A stretch of 64,000 nucleotides of DNA from an uncultured Haloferula sp. (GCA_965652295.1 CBFGTS010000002.1:308570-372569), one strand, 5' to 3'; numbered from the stretch's first letter, positions 1 through 9,614 are shown. Notes: a model not told the origin generated them from the letters alone. Numbers and translations are program-made.

Positions 1-2
1 GC

Positions 3-2639
3 CACAGCGATTTCGAGGTCGCCGGCCTGCCGCCGATGCTCGGCTACGAGGACGAGAATCCGGCCCCGCGGACCAAGGCTGCTGCGGCGGCAGCCGCGCC
101 CCTCTTCCACAGTCTGGAAGGAGCCACGGCGGTGATCTACCTCGACTTCGACGGGGAAACCGTTAGCGGCACCCAGTGGAATTCGTCCTTCACCGGCGGA
201 GCTCCGATCGTCGCCGGCGGCGCTCCGTTCAGCTCCAGCCAGATCGAGGAACTCTGGCTGGGCGTCGCCGAGGACTTCTCGCCTTTCGACATCAACGTCA
301 CCACCGACCGCGCCGCCTACGACGCCGCGCCGCTCAATCGGCGCGTCATGGTGATCTTCACGCCCGACAACGAATGGTATGGCAGTGCCGGCGGCGTGGC
401 ATACGTCGATGTTTTCGGCAGCTCCTTGATGGATCCGCCGGCCTGGGTCTTCACCGACCAGCTTTCGAACTCCGTCTCCTTCGCCGCCGAGGCCGCATCG
501 CACGAAGCCGGCCACACCCTTGGGCTCCGGCACGATGGCGATGCCGCCAGCGACTACCATCTGGGAAGCAGCCAATGGGCCCCCATCATGGGAGCCGCCT
601 ACAGCGCCGCCGTTTCCCAGTGGAGCAAGGGCGAATACGCCGGGGCCACCAACACCGAGGACGATCTCGCCATCATCTCCAGCTCGCGCAACGGCTTCGG
701 CTACTATCCCGACGACCACTCGGAAACGTCCGCCGGCGCGACCGCGCTGGAGCTGGTCGGGCTCGATACGCTCGAGGGCTGGGGTTACATCGAGCGCGAC
801 TCGGACACCGACGTCTTCATGTTCCAGACCACGGGCGGGCCGGTGGAGATCAGCGCCGACAATGCCGAGCGCGATCCGAACCTCGACATCCGCCTCGCGC
901 TGCTCGACCAGGCCGGGAATGAAATCGCCGTCAGTGATCCTTCGTCTTCGCTCGACGCCACCTTGGCCACCTCGCTGGCCTCCGGTTCCTACTTTCTGGC
1001 GGTCACCGGCGTCGGAAACAACACGTCGGGATATACAGGATACGGCAGCCTCGGCGAATACGAGCTACGCGTCACCGCCCCGCAAAGCACCAATCTCGCC
1101 GCGGAGATCGTTTCTCCCGCTGCGGCGGAAATCAGCCTGCCCTACGGGACCGGCCTGCGTCTCAAAGGTCTCGCCAGTGGCGGCAGCGCCTCGTGGCTGG
1201 TTGTCCAGACTCCTTCCGGTGCCACCGTGACCCTGTCCGATCCCAATGCGTCGGCCACCGACGCGACCTTCTCCCACGCCGGCCTCTATCAAGTCCGCTT
1301 TTCAAGCACACTGGACAGCCAACAGGAGAGCGATCTGATCACGATCGCCGTGGACGACGGGGCACCCACCTATACGACGCGCGCACCCGCCGTGGTCCTC
1401 GGAGCGGACAGGGATGTGTATGGGAACCGCATTCAGCTCGACCCCCTCGTCACGGATGACTCTCCCTCCGGGGCGCTCACGTTTTCATGGACCGTGCTGT
1501 CGGGTCCCGCCCAGCTCACCTCGCCGAATGCTCCCACGTCCGAGCTGCTTTTCAACGCCGCCTACAGCGAGGTGCGGCTGAGGCTTGAGGTCAGCGACGG
1601 CTCGCAGATCGGCTTCGCCGAGGTCAGCCTCACCGCTCATTTCAAAAACGCCACCTTCGCTGTCGACGGAGCCTACGCCCGGGTGCTGGTCCCCTCCTCC
1701 GCCCCTCCGGCCGGATGGGACACACCGCTTTTCAATGATTCCGCCTGGGCCGCCGGAAACCTCGGAGCGGGCTACGACACCACCCCGGGAGGAAATCCCA
1801 AGAACCCCTCGCGACGCATCCTGCTGCCGGAGATCAACCTCGACCTTGCCAGCGCGATGGATGGTTCCCGCACCACCTGCTACGTCCGCATTCCCTTCCA
1901 TCTCGTGGTCGCTCCTGAAGATGTGCTCTCGCTCCAGCTCCGGATGAAGTACGACGACGGCTTCGTGGCATCCATCAACGGCATCGAAGTCGCCCGCGAC
2001 AATGCCGGCAGCGGCACCCCCGCCTGGAACGCCACCGCGCCGGCGGACCGGCCGGACGAGGAAGCCCTCTCGTCGCGCACCTTCACCCTCGACCTCCCGC
2101 CCGGGACCCTCTCCGCCGGCTCGAACGTTCTTGCGATTCACGCGCTGAACTCGTCCACCGGCAGTGCCGACCGCCGTTTCCTCGTCTCTGCGGAAATGGA
2201 CGGCGTGATCGCCGATCCCGATCCGGGCCTTCCCCCTCTCACTCCCTTCGTGGATCTCGTCTCGGGCATTGCCGACCCGGAGCTTCGGGGCATCGATGAC
2301 GACCCCGACGGTGACGGCCTCACCAACCTTTACGAGCACGCCACCGGCACCTCGCCCACCTCCGCCGATCCCGGCGGCCAGGTCATGCGTGCCTCCGGTC
2401 AAACCGCCTCCGTCGTCCTGCCCGAACCTCCGCCGGACGACGTTCTCTATTTCCTCGAGTATTCCGCCACTCTCGGCGGAACCTGGGACGTGCTCGCCGG
2501 GAAATCCGGCACCGGTGCGTGGACCGGCATCACGCCGATCACCTCCGTGCCCGACGAAGAGGGCCACGCACGGCACAGTTTCCCCACCGGCAGCGGAACC
2601 GCCGGCTTCTACCGCCTGCGGATGGAGCTGGCGCCCTGA
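3..2639 (+). CDS. Secreted zinc metalloprotease (metzincin-like) with PPC/PKD-like and lectin-like accessory domains; 5'-truncated by the window edge
   Basis: HEAGHTLGLRH zinc motif and a Met-turn (PIMG). The frame is open from position 3 through the ATG at 36, so the gene starts upstream of the window. C-terminus has DPDGDGLTNLYEHATGTSP and ends FYRLRMELAP, as in Verrucomicrobial exported proteins. Confidence 0.8.
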   Translation, partial: HSDFEVAGLPPMLGYEDENPAPRTKAAAAAAAPLFHSLEGATAVIYLDFDGETVSGTQWNSSFTGGAPIVAGGAPFSSSQIEELWLGVAEDFSPFDINVTTDRAAYDAAPLNRRVMVIFTPDNEWYGSAGGVAYVDVFGSSLMDPPAWVFTDQLSNSVSFAAEAASHEAGHTLGLRHDGDAASDYHLGSSQWAPIMGAAYSAAVSQWSKGEYAGATNTEDDLAIISSSRNGFGYYPDDHSETSAGATALELVGLDTLEGWGYIERDSDTDVFMFQTTGGPVEISADNAERDPNLDIRLALLDQAGNEIAVSDPSSSLDATLATSLASGSYFLAVTGVGNNTSGYTGYGSLGEYELRVTAPQSTNLAAEIVSPAAAEISLPYGTGLRLKGLASGGSASWLVVQTPSGATVTLSDPNASATDATFSHAGLYQVRFSSTLDSQQESDLITIAVDDGAPTYTTRAPAVVLGADRDVYGNRIQLDPLVTDDSPSGALTFSWTVLSGPAQLTSPNAPTSELLFNAAYSEVRLRLEVSDGSQIGFAEVSLTAHFKNATFAVDGAYARVLVPSSAPPAGWDTPLFNDSAWAAGNLGAGYDTTPGGNPKNPSRRILLPEINLDLASAMDGSRTTCYVRIPFHLVVAPEDVLSLQLRMKYDDGFVASINGIEVARDNAGSGTPAWNATAPADRPDEEALSSRTFTLDLPPGTLSAGSNVLAIHALNSSTGSADRRFLVSAEMDGVIADPDPGLPPLTPFVDLVSGIADPELRGIDDDPDGDGLTNLYEHATGTSPTSADPGGQVMRASGQTASVVLPEPPPDDVLYFLEYSATLGGTWDVLAGKSGTGAWTGITPITSVPDEEGHARHSFPTGSGTAGFYRLRMELAP

Positions 2640-2663
2640 TCTCCACCAGAGAACTCCGGTGGA

Positions 2664-2697
2664 TTGACAGATCGTTCTGTCATGCGGGAAATGACAG
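2664..2697 (+). promoter_or_regulatory. Putative sigma70 -35 (TTGACA) followed by palindromic operator CTGTCAT-N7-ATGACAG
   Basis: TTGACA at 2664-2669; perfect 7-bp inverted repeat at 2677-2697, 24 nt upstream of the ATG at 2722. Confidence 0.5.
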
Positions 2698-2721
2698 CCG
2701 TTCCAACCCCGTAACCGCTCC

Positions 2722-4014
2722 ATGTTCCGCACCGCCCTTCTCGCACTTTCCTTCTCCGCCGTCCTCGCCGCCCGCGAGGCACCCTCCCTCCCGGCCGATC
2801 CTCATTTCGCCCCCTACTCGCTGGACCCGGCACCGGTCGCGGCAGAGCTGGTGTTGAAAAAGGGCGACCGTCTTGCGATCTGCGGCGACTCCATCACCGA
2901 GCAGAAGCGTTACTCGCTCATCATGGAGGCCTACCTCACCGCCTGCGTGCCGGAGCTGGAAGTGACCTGCCGCCAGTATGGCTGGGGTGGCGAAACCGCG
3001 GAGGGTTTCCTCAAACGGATGGAGAACGACGTCCTCCGCTTCGAGCCGGACGTCGCCACCACCTGCTACGGCATGAACGACTTCCGCTACGTGCCCTTCG
3101 AGCAAACCATCGCCGACGCCTACGTGCGCAATCAGACCGAGGTCGTCCGCAAGTTCAAGCAGGCCGGCTGCGAGGTCGTTCTCGGTTCGCCGGGCATCAT
3201 CGATGGCGTCCCCCACTGGCAGAACCACCCCGGCTCCACCCCGCTCAGCCTGAATCAGTCCCTTTCCGAATTCCGCAACCTCGACGTGGCCCTCGCCGCC
3301 CGCGAGGAAACCGGCTTCGCCGATGTTTTCCAGCCCATGCTCATCGCCGATTGGCAGGCGAAAAAGGCGCACGGCCCCGACTTCAAGGTCGCCGGCAAGG
3401 ACGGCGTCCACCCCGGCTGGGCCGGCCACCTCACCATGGCTTACGCCTTTCTCAAGGGTCTCGGTTTCGACGGCGACCTCGGCGGCATCACCCTCCACGG
3501 TGATCGCGCCCAAGGCAGCGGCGGCCACCAGGTGAAAGAGTCGGACGGCGGGACGGTCACCATCGTCAGCACCCGTTTCCCCTTCTCTGCCGGCCCCGGC
3601 GATCTCGCCAATGACGACAGCCTCCGCGCCGGTCTCGCGCTCGTGCCCTTCGACGCCGAGCTCAACCGCTTCACTCTGCGGCTCGAGCAACCGTCCGCCG
3701 CCCGTTATGCCGTGACCTGGGGTAAGGAAACCCGCGAATACGACGCCGCCGAGCTTGAGCAAGGCATCAACCTCGCAGCCGATTTCGTCGAGCACCCGCT
3801 GCTCGAACCCTTCCGCAAGGTGTGGGCCGCCGCCGAGCGGAAGCAGAACTACGAGACCCGCCAGATCAAGGATCTCTTCCACGGCCCCGAGGCCGCGATC
3901 GAGATGGAAACCATCGCCGATCTCACGGAAAAAGTTCACTCGAAACTCGTCGCGCAACTCGCCGAGTCCATGCAACCCGTCGAGCACCAGATCACCGTCA
4001 AGGCCCTCCCTTGA
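2722..4014 (+). CDS. Secreted SGNH/GDSL hydrolase (probable carbohydrate esterase)
   Basis: Signal peptide; GDSIT, GMND and DGVHP SGNH blocks. Confidence 0.85.
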   Translation: MFRTALLALSFSAVLAAREAPSLPADPHFAPYSLDPAPVAAELVLKKGDRLAICGDSITEQKRYSLIMEAYLTACVPELEVTCRQYGWGGETAEGFLKRMENDVLRFEPDVATTCYGMNDFRYVPFEQTIADAYVRNQTEVVRKFKQAGCEVVLGSPGIIDGVPHWQNHPGSTPLSLNQSLSEFRNLDVALAAREETGFADVFQPMLIADWQAKKAHGPDFKVAGKDGVHPGWAGHLTMAYAFLKGLGFDGDLGGITLHGDRAQGSGGHQVKESDGGTVTIVSTRFPFSAGPGDLANDDSLRAGLALVPFDAELNRFTLRLEQPSAARYAVTWGKETREYDAAELEQGINLAADFVEHPLLEPFRKVWAAAERKQNYETRQIKDLFHGPEAAIEMETIADLTEKVHSKLVAQLAESMQPVEHQITVKALP

Positions 4015-4522
4015 CCCGCGACAGCAGCTCCTCCGCCCGTCCCTCGGACTTCGAGATCACGCTGAACGCGCCATTCGTTTCCAGAATCACGGAGCCGGCC
4101 CGGTCGAGACCTCCCAACCCACTCGACCGCACGGCCTGGAGGATTTCGTCGCGACTCACCCGCTCACGTTTCATCGTTTTCTCCACGAAGCTGCCGTCGT
4201 GAAAGAGCAGCGCCGGCTCGGCACGCGCCAGCTTCCGCACTGCGGCGGAGCGGACGGAGAGCCAGGTGATCAGGAACTGCAACGCGAGCAACAGGACCAG
4301 CGCGGTCACCCCCTCGGCGAGCGAGGTTTGTTTCGAGAGCATCGTGGTGGCCATGATCGAGCCCAGCGAGATCGTCACCACCAGATCGAAGGCGTTCATC
4401 TGTCCCAAACTCCGTTTGCCGGAAATCCGGAGGGAAAGGAGCAGGACGAGATAGATCGGCAGTCCGATCGCGATGGTCCGCAGGATCGCGCTCCCACTTG
4501 AGAAAAACGTGTCGTCTGGCAT
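3998..4522 (-). CDS. DUF421/YetF-family membrane protein
   Basis: GKRSLGQMNAFDLVVTISLGS and ILETNGAFSVI motifs; three hydrophobic helices. Confidence 0.85.
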   Translation of the reverse strand: MPDDTFFSSGSAILRTIAIGLPIYLVLLLSLRISGKRSLGQMNAFDLVVTISLGSIMATTMLSKQTSLAEGVTALVLLLALQFLITWLSVRSAAVRKLARAEPALLFHDGSFVEKTMKRERVSRDEILQAVRSSGLGGLDRAGSVILETNGAFSVISKSEGRAEELLSRVKGGP

Positions 4523-4538
4523 GAGGGCTTTTCTTCAT

Positions 4539-4554
4539 GGCAGCGCGGATGCCA
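4539..4554 (-). promoter_or_regulatory. Sigma54-like -24/-12 promoter for the DUF421 gene
   Basis: Minus strand reads TGGCATCCGCGCTGCC (GG-N10-GC); predicted start site lies just upstream of the ATG at 4522. Confidence 0.5.
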
Positions 4555-4807
4555 GCTCGTCGCGGCCCCCGAAAAGGGACCGACGCGGATGCCGTCATCC
4601 CACGGATCGTGCAACCTGCGCTTCCCGCGGCGCGGGCTGCGCCCTGACCGGTCCTCCGGCATCCCGCTTTTCCCTTGGCGCTGCGGGCACGCCTGCTGCG
4701 AAGCCGCGGGCACATCCGATGCCCGAAAACCAGTCTTCCGAAGCCACTTCCTTTTCGCAGCTCGCACGGCAAGATTTGCTTCGGGGCGGGCACTAGCGCG
4801 TGGAACG

Positions 4808-4842
4808 AAAAAGGGTGCCGACGAGCAAGCCGTCGACACCCT
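4808..4842 (-). terminator. Intrinsic terminator of the BMC operon
   Basis: Stem AGGGTG.CGACG / CGTCG.CACCCT followed by a U-tract on the minus strand (AAAAA at 4808-4812), just after the LDH-like stop. Confidence 0.65.
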
Positions 4843-4868
4843 CTGATGCGTAGGAAAACCTCGGCCGG

Positions 4869-5795
4869 TCAGCGCGCCACCTGCGCGAGCATGTCCTGCA
4901 GCGCCTTGGCCGAAGCCTTGAGCGCCTGCTCTTCTTTCGGCCAGAGCTTCAATTGCAGATGCTTTTCCGCGCCGCCGCGGCCAACGATGGTCGGGACGCT
5001 GAGACAGACGTGACGCAGGCCGTAGCAGCCGTTCTGCAGCGAGGAAACGGGGAGCAACTGCTTGCGGTCGAGCACGATGGCATGGACGGTCTCGGCGATG
5101 GTCGCGCCGACGGCCCAGCCAGCACCTCCCTTGCGGCTGATGACTTCCGCTCCGCTCTTCTTGGTGCGCTCGAAGACCTGGCGCTGGAAATTCGCATCGC
5201 AGCCGGGCACCTCGGTCAGCGGCAGGCCACCGACGGTGGCCGACGACCACACGGGCAACATGCTATCGCCGTGTTCCCCGAGGATCAACGCCCGGACCTG
5301 CGTCGGCGCGAGTTGCAATGCCTCGGCGATGAGTGAGCGGAAGCGCGACGTGTCGAGCATGGTGCCCAGCCCGATGACCTGGTTCGACGGCAGATCGAGG
5401 AAGCTGGCGGCAAGGTGCGTGAGGATATCGACCGGGTTCGAGACGACGAAAACGATCGCGTCCTTCTTCATGCCCGCGGACTTGATGTCGGCGATGATCT
5501 GCGAAAACAGCCCGACGTTGCGCTGGATCAGATCGAGGCGGCTCTCGTCGGGCTTGCGCCGCAGCCCCGCGGTGATCACGAAGATATCCGAATCCTTCGC
5601 GCGCTCGTAGTCGCCCGAGTAGATCCGTTGGTCGGCCAGCGCCGCCGCACCGTGCATCAGATCGAGCGCTTCGCCGTCGGCGAGGTCCTTGTTGGCATCG
5701 AGAATCTGGATTTCGGAAACGATGCCGGCGCACTGGAGACAGAACGCGGCGTTCGATCCGACGCGGCCTCCGCCGCCGATGATGGTCACTTTCAT
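4869..5795 (-). CDS. Lactate/malate dehydrogenase family protein (BMC-associated)
   Basis: MKVTIIGGGGRVG Rossmann motif; VVSNPVD, LDTSRF, ILGEHGDS. Start trimmed from the track ORF to the ATG at 5795. Confidence 0.9.
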   Translation of the reverse strand: MKVTIIGGGGRVGSNAAFCLQCAGIVSEIQILDANKDLADGEALDLMHGAAALADQRIYSGDYERAKDSDIFVITAGLRRKPDESRLDLIQRNVGLFSQIIADIKSAGMKKDAIVFVVSNPVDILTHLAASFLDLPSNQVIGLGTMLDTSRFRSLIAEALQLAPTQVRALILGEHGDSMLPVWSSATVGGLPLTEVPGCDANFQRQVFERTKKSGAEVISRKGGAGWAVGATIAETVHAIVLDRKQLLPVSSLQNGCYGLRHVCLSVPTIVGRGGAEKHLQLKLWPKEEQALKASAKALQDMLAQVAR

Positions 5796-5803
5796 GAAAA
5801 AAA

Positions 5804-6874
5804 CTAGCTGTTGAGTTGTTTGAGGATCTCCTGCGTCACGGCCGAAACCATGGCCTCGGCATCGGGATTCGGAGCCGTGGATGAAGCGGGCGCGGCGGTC
5901 GGCACCTGGCAGACGACGCCCGGACGGAATTCCGAGTTGTCGCAGAGTTCGCATTCCTTCCAGCCCGCGCGTTTGTCTTCCATGCCGAGCTGGCCGCGGA
6001 GGTCGATGAGTTCCTTGGCCTGACTGCCGGTGATGGTAAGCAGGTCGCGGCCCTTGAGCTGGGTGGCGAGCAGCACCGTCTGGCAATAGGCGTCGGTGTT
6101 CTCCATTTTCCAATACGCATCCTCGATGTCCTTGCCCCAGCAAATCACGCCGTGGTTGAGCATCAGGACGGACATGTGGTTGACGGCTTCCTCACCGATG
6201 ATGTCGGCATTCGCCGGAGTGCCGGGCGTGCGGTATTCAGCCATGCCGATTTCCCCGAGGAAGACCTCCGCTTCGGGAATCATGCAGGTCGGTGGGCGGA
6301 CGCCGGCCACGGCGAATGCCCCGGCGTGCGGCGGGTGGGCGTGGCAGCAGGCCTTGGCCTTCGGCTGGCGCTTCATGATGCCGAGGTGGGTCAGACACTC
6401 GCTGGTGCGCTTGAATTTCCCGGCGAGCTGGTTGCCGTCCATGTCGATCAACGCCATCTGCTCGGGCTTCATGAAACCCTTCGAAACGAGCGTGGGCGTG
6501 CAGAGCACGAGGTTGTCGCCGACGCGGACGGTGAGGTTGCCGCCGTTGCCATCGGTATAGCCACGTTGCCACATCCGCTGGCCCATCTCGCACATCCGGA
6601 CCTTGATCGCCTCGATCTCCGGGGAACGGAAGAACGCCTGGATCTCCGCCGGTGTCTTCGGGTCCTGTCCGGGCGCCCAGCGGAACTCGTAATCAGGTAC
6701 GACGGGTGCCGTATTTTCCACCGGGCTGGCGGCCGATCGGCCCGCCGGTTTCTTCGCCCCGCGCAACGCGTCCCGGGCCGAGGGGGTGAGGACCGCGCCG
6801 GCGGGGATCGCCTCGGCTCCCTTGCCCTGCCGCAGCAGCGTTTCCACGTCCTTGCCTGTGAATACCTTCTTCAT
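5804..6874 (-). CDS. Class II aldolase (fuculose/rhamnulose-1-phosphate aldolase-like), PVM signature enzyme
   Basis: GNGGNLTVR, CTPTLVSKG, TSECLTH, HAHPPH and NHGV motifs; C-terminal amphipathic helix resembling an encapsulation peptide. Confidence 0.9.
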   Translation of the reverse strand: MKKVFTGKDVETLLRQGKGAEAIPAGAVLTPSARDALRGAKKPAGRSAASPVENTAPVVPDYEFRWAPGQDPKTPAEIQAFFRSPEIEAIKVRMCEMGQRMWQRGYTDGNGGNLTVRVGDNLVLCTPTLVSKGFMKPEQMALIDMDGNQLAGKFKRTSECLTHLGIMKRQPKAKACCHAHPPHAGAFAVAGVRPPTCMIPEAEVFLGEIGMAEYRTPGTPANADIIGEEAVNHMSVLMLNHGVICWGKDIEDAYWKMENTDAYCQTVLLATQLKGRDLLTITGSQAKELIDLRGQLGMEDKRAGWKECELCDNSEFRPGVVCQVPTAAPASSTAPNPDAEAMVSAVTQEILKQLNS

Positions 6875-6885
6875 GAGTGTTCGTT

Positions 6886-7191
6886 TCAGCCCGCGTGCGG
6901 GCGGTGATGGATTTGATCGAAAATCGCCACGGTGATCGCATCGACCGGGGTCGGCCGGTCGAATGGAGCGGTGGCTTCCGCGCCCTCGACGAAGCCGACG
7001 ATGTCGTGAAGTCCCGCTCCGAGCTGGTCGTAGACGATGAGCGAGGGGAGCTTCGAGAGCGGCGGCGGGGTGTCGCAGGCGGTGTTGAGATGCGTGGCAT
7101 CCACCGGGCTGATCACGAGCCAGCGCGCGCCTTTGAACCCGGCGTCCTGGCGGTTCATGGTGGCCTTGCCGATGACTTGTCCGATGCGCAT
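6886..7191 (-). CDS. BMC vertex protein (BMC-P, EutN/CcmL family)
   Basis: MRIGQVIGK start; YDQLGAGLHDIV and PVDAITVAIFD motifs. Confidence 0.88.
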   Translation of the reverse strand: MRIGQVIGKATMNRQDAGFKGARWLVISPVDATHLNTACDTPPPLSKLPSLIVYDQLGAGLHDIVGFVEGAEATAPFDRPTPVDAITVAIFDQIHHRPHAG

Positions 7192-7192
7192 A

Positions 7193-7453
7193 TCAGTCGT
7201 CGAGGACGCCTTGGATGAAATTGCGGATCGGCGAGTGTTCGTCATGGACGATGCCGCGGGCGGCGATGCCATCGGTGCTGACGAAAACGCGCTGATGCAG
7301 TCCTGCGTTGAAATGATCGATCGCCACGAAGGGCGGCTCGGAGGTCGCGGTGCCATCGGCCTCCTCACGCTGACACAGCTTCAGGGAAGAACCCTTGAGG
7401 CTGGGATGGGCGCATGTGGCCACGGCATTTCCCACGATCCGGCAGAGCAGCAT
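7193..7453 (-). CDS. BMC vertex protein (BMC-P, EutN/CcmL family)
   Basis: MLLCRIVGNAVAT...AIDHFNAGLHQRVFV; the last 86 aa of track ORF 7193..8071. Confidence 0.88.
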   Translation of the reverse strand: MLLCRIVGNAVATCAHPSLKGSSLKLCQREEADGTATSEPPFVAIDHFNAGLHQRVFVSTDGIAARGIVHDEHSPIRNFIQGVLDD

Positions 7454-7458
7454 GGCGA

Positions 7459-8955
7459 TCAGATGATGCGGAGGTTTTCCACCATCACGCAGCGCCGGAT
7501 GCGGGTGAAGGTCTTCGGGGTGGTGATGCCCTCGCCGGTGGTGGTGGCGATCGAATAGCTCAGGTAGCCCTCGCCGCCGAGGCCGAGGCCGGTGACGCAT
7601 GCGCCGTTCTTGACGAAGATGGTGGTGTCCATCTCGCGCGCCATATGGGTCATGTGATCGACGTTGGTCGAGTGGATGATCGCCGAGTGGCGGTAGTTGT
7701 GCTCGGCGCGCTTCGCTTCGCGGACGGCGGTCTCGAAGTCCGGCACTGAAACGATCGGCAGCATGGGCATCATCTGCTCCTTCTGCACGTAGGGGTGATC
7801 CGCATCGGTTTCGGCGAAGAGCAGCTCGCACTTGTCGGCGACGCTCGCGCCGGCCTTTTGAGCCAGGACGGTCGCATCGGCACCGATGAGTTCGCGGTTG
7901 AGCACCGCTTGGGCACAGCCGCCACCTTTGCCTTCCTTGATCGTGAAAGCCTCGGCCGTGAGGCGGTCGAGCTGGGCCTTGTTGAGGCGGGCGGCTCCTG
8001 CCTTTTCCAGCTCCTCCATGAAGCGGCTGAACACGGAGCCGACGACGAACACGACCTTCTCGCCGATGCACAGCAGGTTGTTGTCGAAAGCCGCGCCTTC
8101 GATCACCGCGCGGGCGGCCTTGGCGAGATTGGCGGTTTCATCGACGACAACCACCGGGTTGCCGGGGCCGGCACAGATCGAGCGCTTGCCGGACTTCATC
8201 GCCGCTTGCACGACGGCCGGACCACCGGTGATGGCCATGATCGCGATCTGCTCGTTCTTGCAAATCAGGTCGAAGGACTCGAGCGATGGCTCCTCGATCG
8301 TGCAGATGAGGTTTTCGATGCCCAGTTCGCGCTTGATGGCGCGGTTGTATTCGCGGACGGCCAGGGCGGCGCTCTTCGCACCACCGGGGTGCGGGTTGAA
8401 AACGACCGAATTGCCGGCGGCGACCATGTTGATGACGTTGCCGGTCAGCGTGGGCACCGAGTGGGTCACGGGCAGGATCGCGCCGACGACGCCGAAGGGG
8501 GCGTATTCCTCGAGCATGATGCCGGAGTCGCCGCTCATCGCGTCCGGCCGCAGCCACTCGACGCCGGGCACGCGGTCCATGATGTCGAGCTTGGCGATCT
8601 TGTGGTCGAGCCGGCCGATCTTCGTCTCGGCGAGTTCGAAACGGCCCCACTCCTCCTTGTTGGCGGCGCAGACGCCCTTGACGATATCGATCGCGCGGCG
8701 GCGGCCTTCGACTCCGAGCTTGCGGAGTTTCAGGAAGGCATCGTTGGCGGCTTCGGCGGCGAGATCGACACAGCCGAACACGCCCTCTTTTCCCGAGCCG
8801 CTGCCATTGCAGGCGCAGCCGCAGGATTTCCCGTCGGCGGGCTTGGCGGCAACGCGGGCGGGCGATGGAGCAGGTGCGGGCGCGGGAGCCTTGCCGAGAT
8901 CGGCAAGCACCCTTTCCACCACGCCGCGCAGGGCGTCTTGATCGAGAGTTTTCAT
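7459..8955 (-). CDS. CoA-acylating aldehyde dehydrogenase (EutE/PduP family) with N-terminal encapsulation peptide
   Basis: APFGVVG, TGGPAVV, GPGNPVVVVDETA, FDNNLLCIGEK and TGEGIT motifs; N-terminal helix DQDALRGVVERVLADL followed by a Pro/Ala linker. Confidence 0.93.
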   Translation of the reverse strand: MKTLDQDALRGVVERVLADLGKAPAPAPAPSPARVAAKPADGKSCGCACNGSGSGKEGVFGCVDLAAEAANDAFLKLRKLGVEGRRRAIDIVKGVCAANKEEWGRFELAETKIGRLDHKIAKLDIMDRVPGVEWLRPDAMSGDSGIMLEEYAPFGVVGAILPVTHSVPTLTGNVINMVAAGNSVVFNPHPGGAKSAALAVREYNRAIKRELGIENLICTIEEPSLESFDLICKNEQIAIMAITGGPAVVQAAMKSGKRSICAGPGNPVVVVDETANLAKAARAVIEGAAFDNNLLCIGEKVVFVVGSVFSRFMEELEKAGAARLNKAQLDRLTAEAFTIKEGKGGGCAQAVLNRELIGADATVLAQKAGASVADKCELLFAETDADHPYVQKEQMMPMLPIVSVPDFETAVREAKRAEHNYRHSAIIHSTNVDHMTHMAREMDTTIFVKNGACVTGLGLGGEGYLSYSIATTTGEGITTPKTFTRIRRCVMVENLRII

Positions 8956-8990
8956 GCTATCAGGAACGATCTAACCGTAGATGACTTCGC

Positions 8991-9302
8991 TTAGCTGGAT
9001 TTGCCGTGGATGCGTTTGCCGAGGACGTCGACGCTGTCGACGATGGCGACCACGGCCGCATCGACGGGGAGCGTTTTCATGCCCTCGGCCTGCCTTGCGG
9101 AGCTGCCCTGGCAGAACATGACCAGATCGCCCTCGCCGGCACCGACCGTATCGACGGACACGATCGTATTGCTGCCGGGCCTGAAACGCGCGGGGTCGCT
9201 CTCGTCCACCAGCATCGGGCGCAACAGGAGGAGCTTGCGCCCCTTCATGCTGTCGTCCTTCCGGGTGGCCACGACCTGGCCGATGACTTCCGCCAGAAAC
9301 AT
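8991..9302 (-). CDS. BMC vertex protein (BMC-P, EutN/CcmL family)
   Basis: VIGQVVATRKD...VDTVGAGEGD...GSSAR...PVDAAVVAIVD. Confidence 0.93.
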   Translation of the reverse strand: MFLAEVIGQVVATRKDDSMKGRKLLLLRPMLVDESDPARFRPGSNTIVSVDTVGAGEGDLVMFCQGSSARQAEGMKTLPVDAAVVAIVDSVDVLGKRIHGKSS

Positions 9303-9314
9303 TTTCCGAGCGGG

Positions 9315-9614
9315 TTATTTCTTCGCGGCGGGCTTCTTGGGACCCGAAACGATGCCATCGGTGGCGTCGTCGGGACGGGCGATGACGTGCGCGCTGACCA
9401 CGTCGCCCAGCTGGGCGGCGGCGTCGGCGGCGGCATCGATGCCGGCCTTCACCGCTGCGACGTCGCCGACGATGACGGCGTTGCAAAGGGCGGAGCCGAC
9501 GTTTTTCATCGGCCCGGCGAGGCGGACGTTGGCGGACTTGAGAGCCGCGTCGATGCCGGTCACGAGGCAGCAAAGGCCGCGCGTTTCAATGAGTCCGAGT
9601 GCTTCTTTAGCCAT
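9315..9614 (-). CDS. BMC shell hexamer (BMC-H)
   Basis: ALGLIETRG...DAALKSANV...GDVAAVKAG...HVIARP. Confidence 0.93.
   Translation of the reverse strand: MAKEALGLIETRGLCCLVTGIDAALKSANVRLAGPMKNVGSALCNAVIVGDVAAVKAGIDAAADAAAQLGDVVSAHVIARPDDATDGIVSGPKKPAAKK

Noticed and set aside
4521..4538. ATGA...TCAT near the DUF421 start as a member of the nitrate regulon
   Set aside because: The spacer is 10 nt and it lies downstream of the promoter element, not 65 bp upstream.
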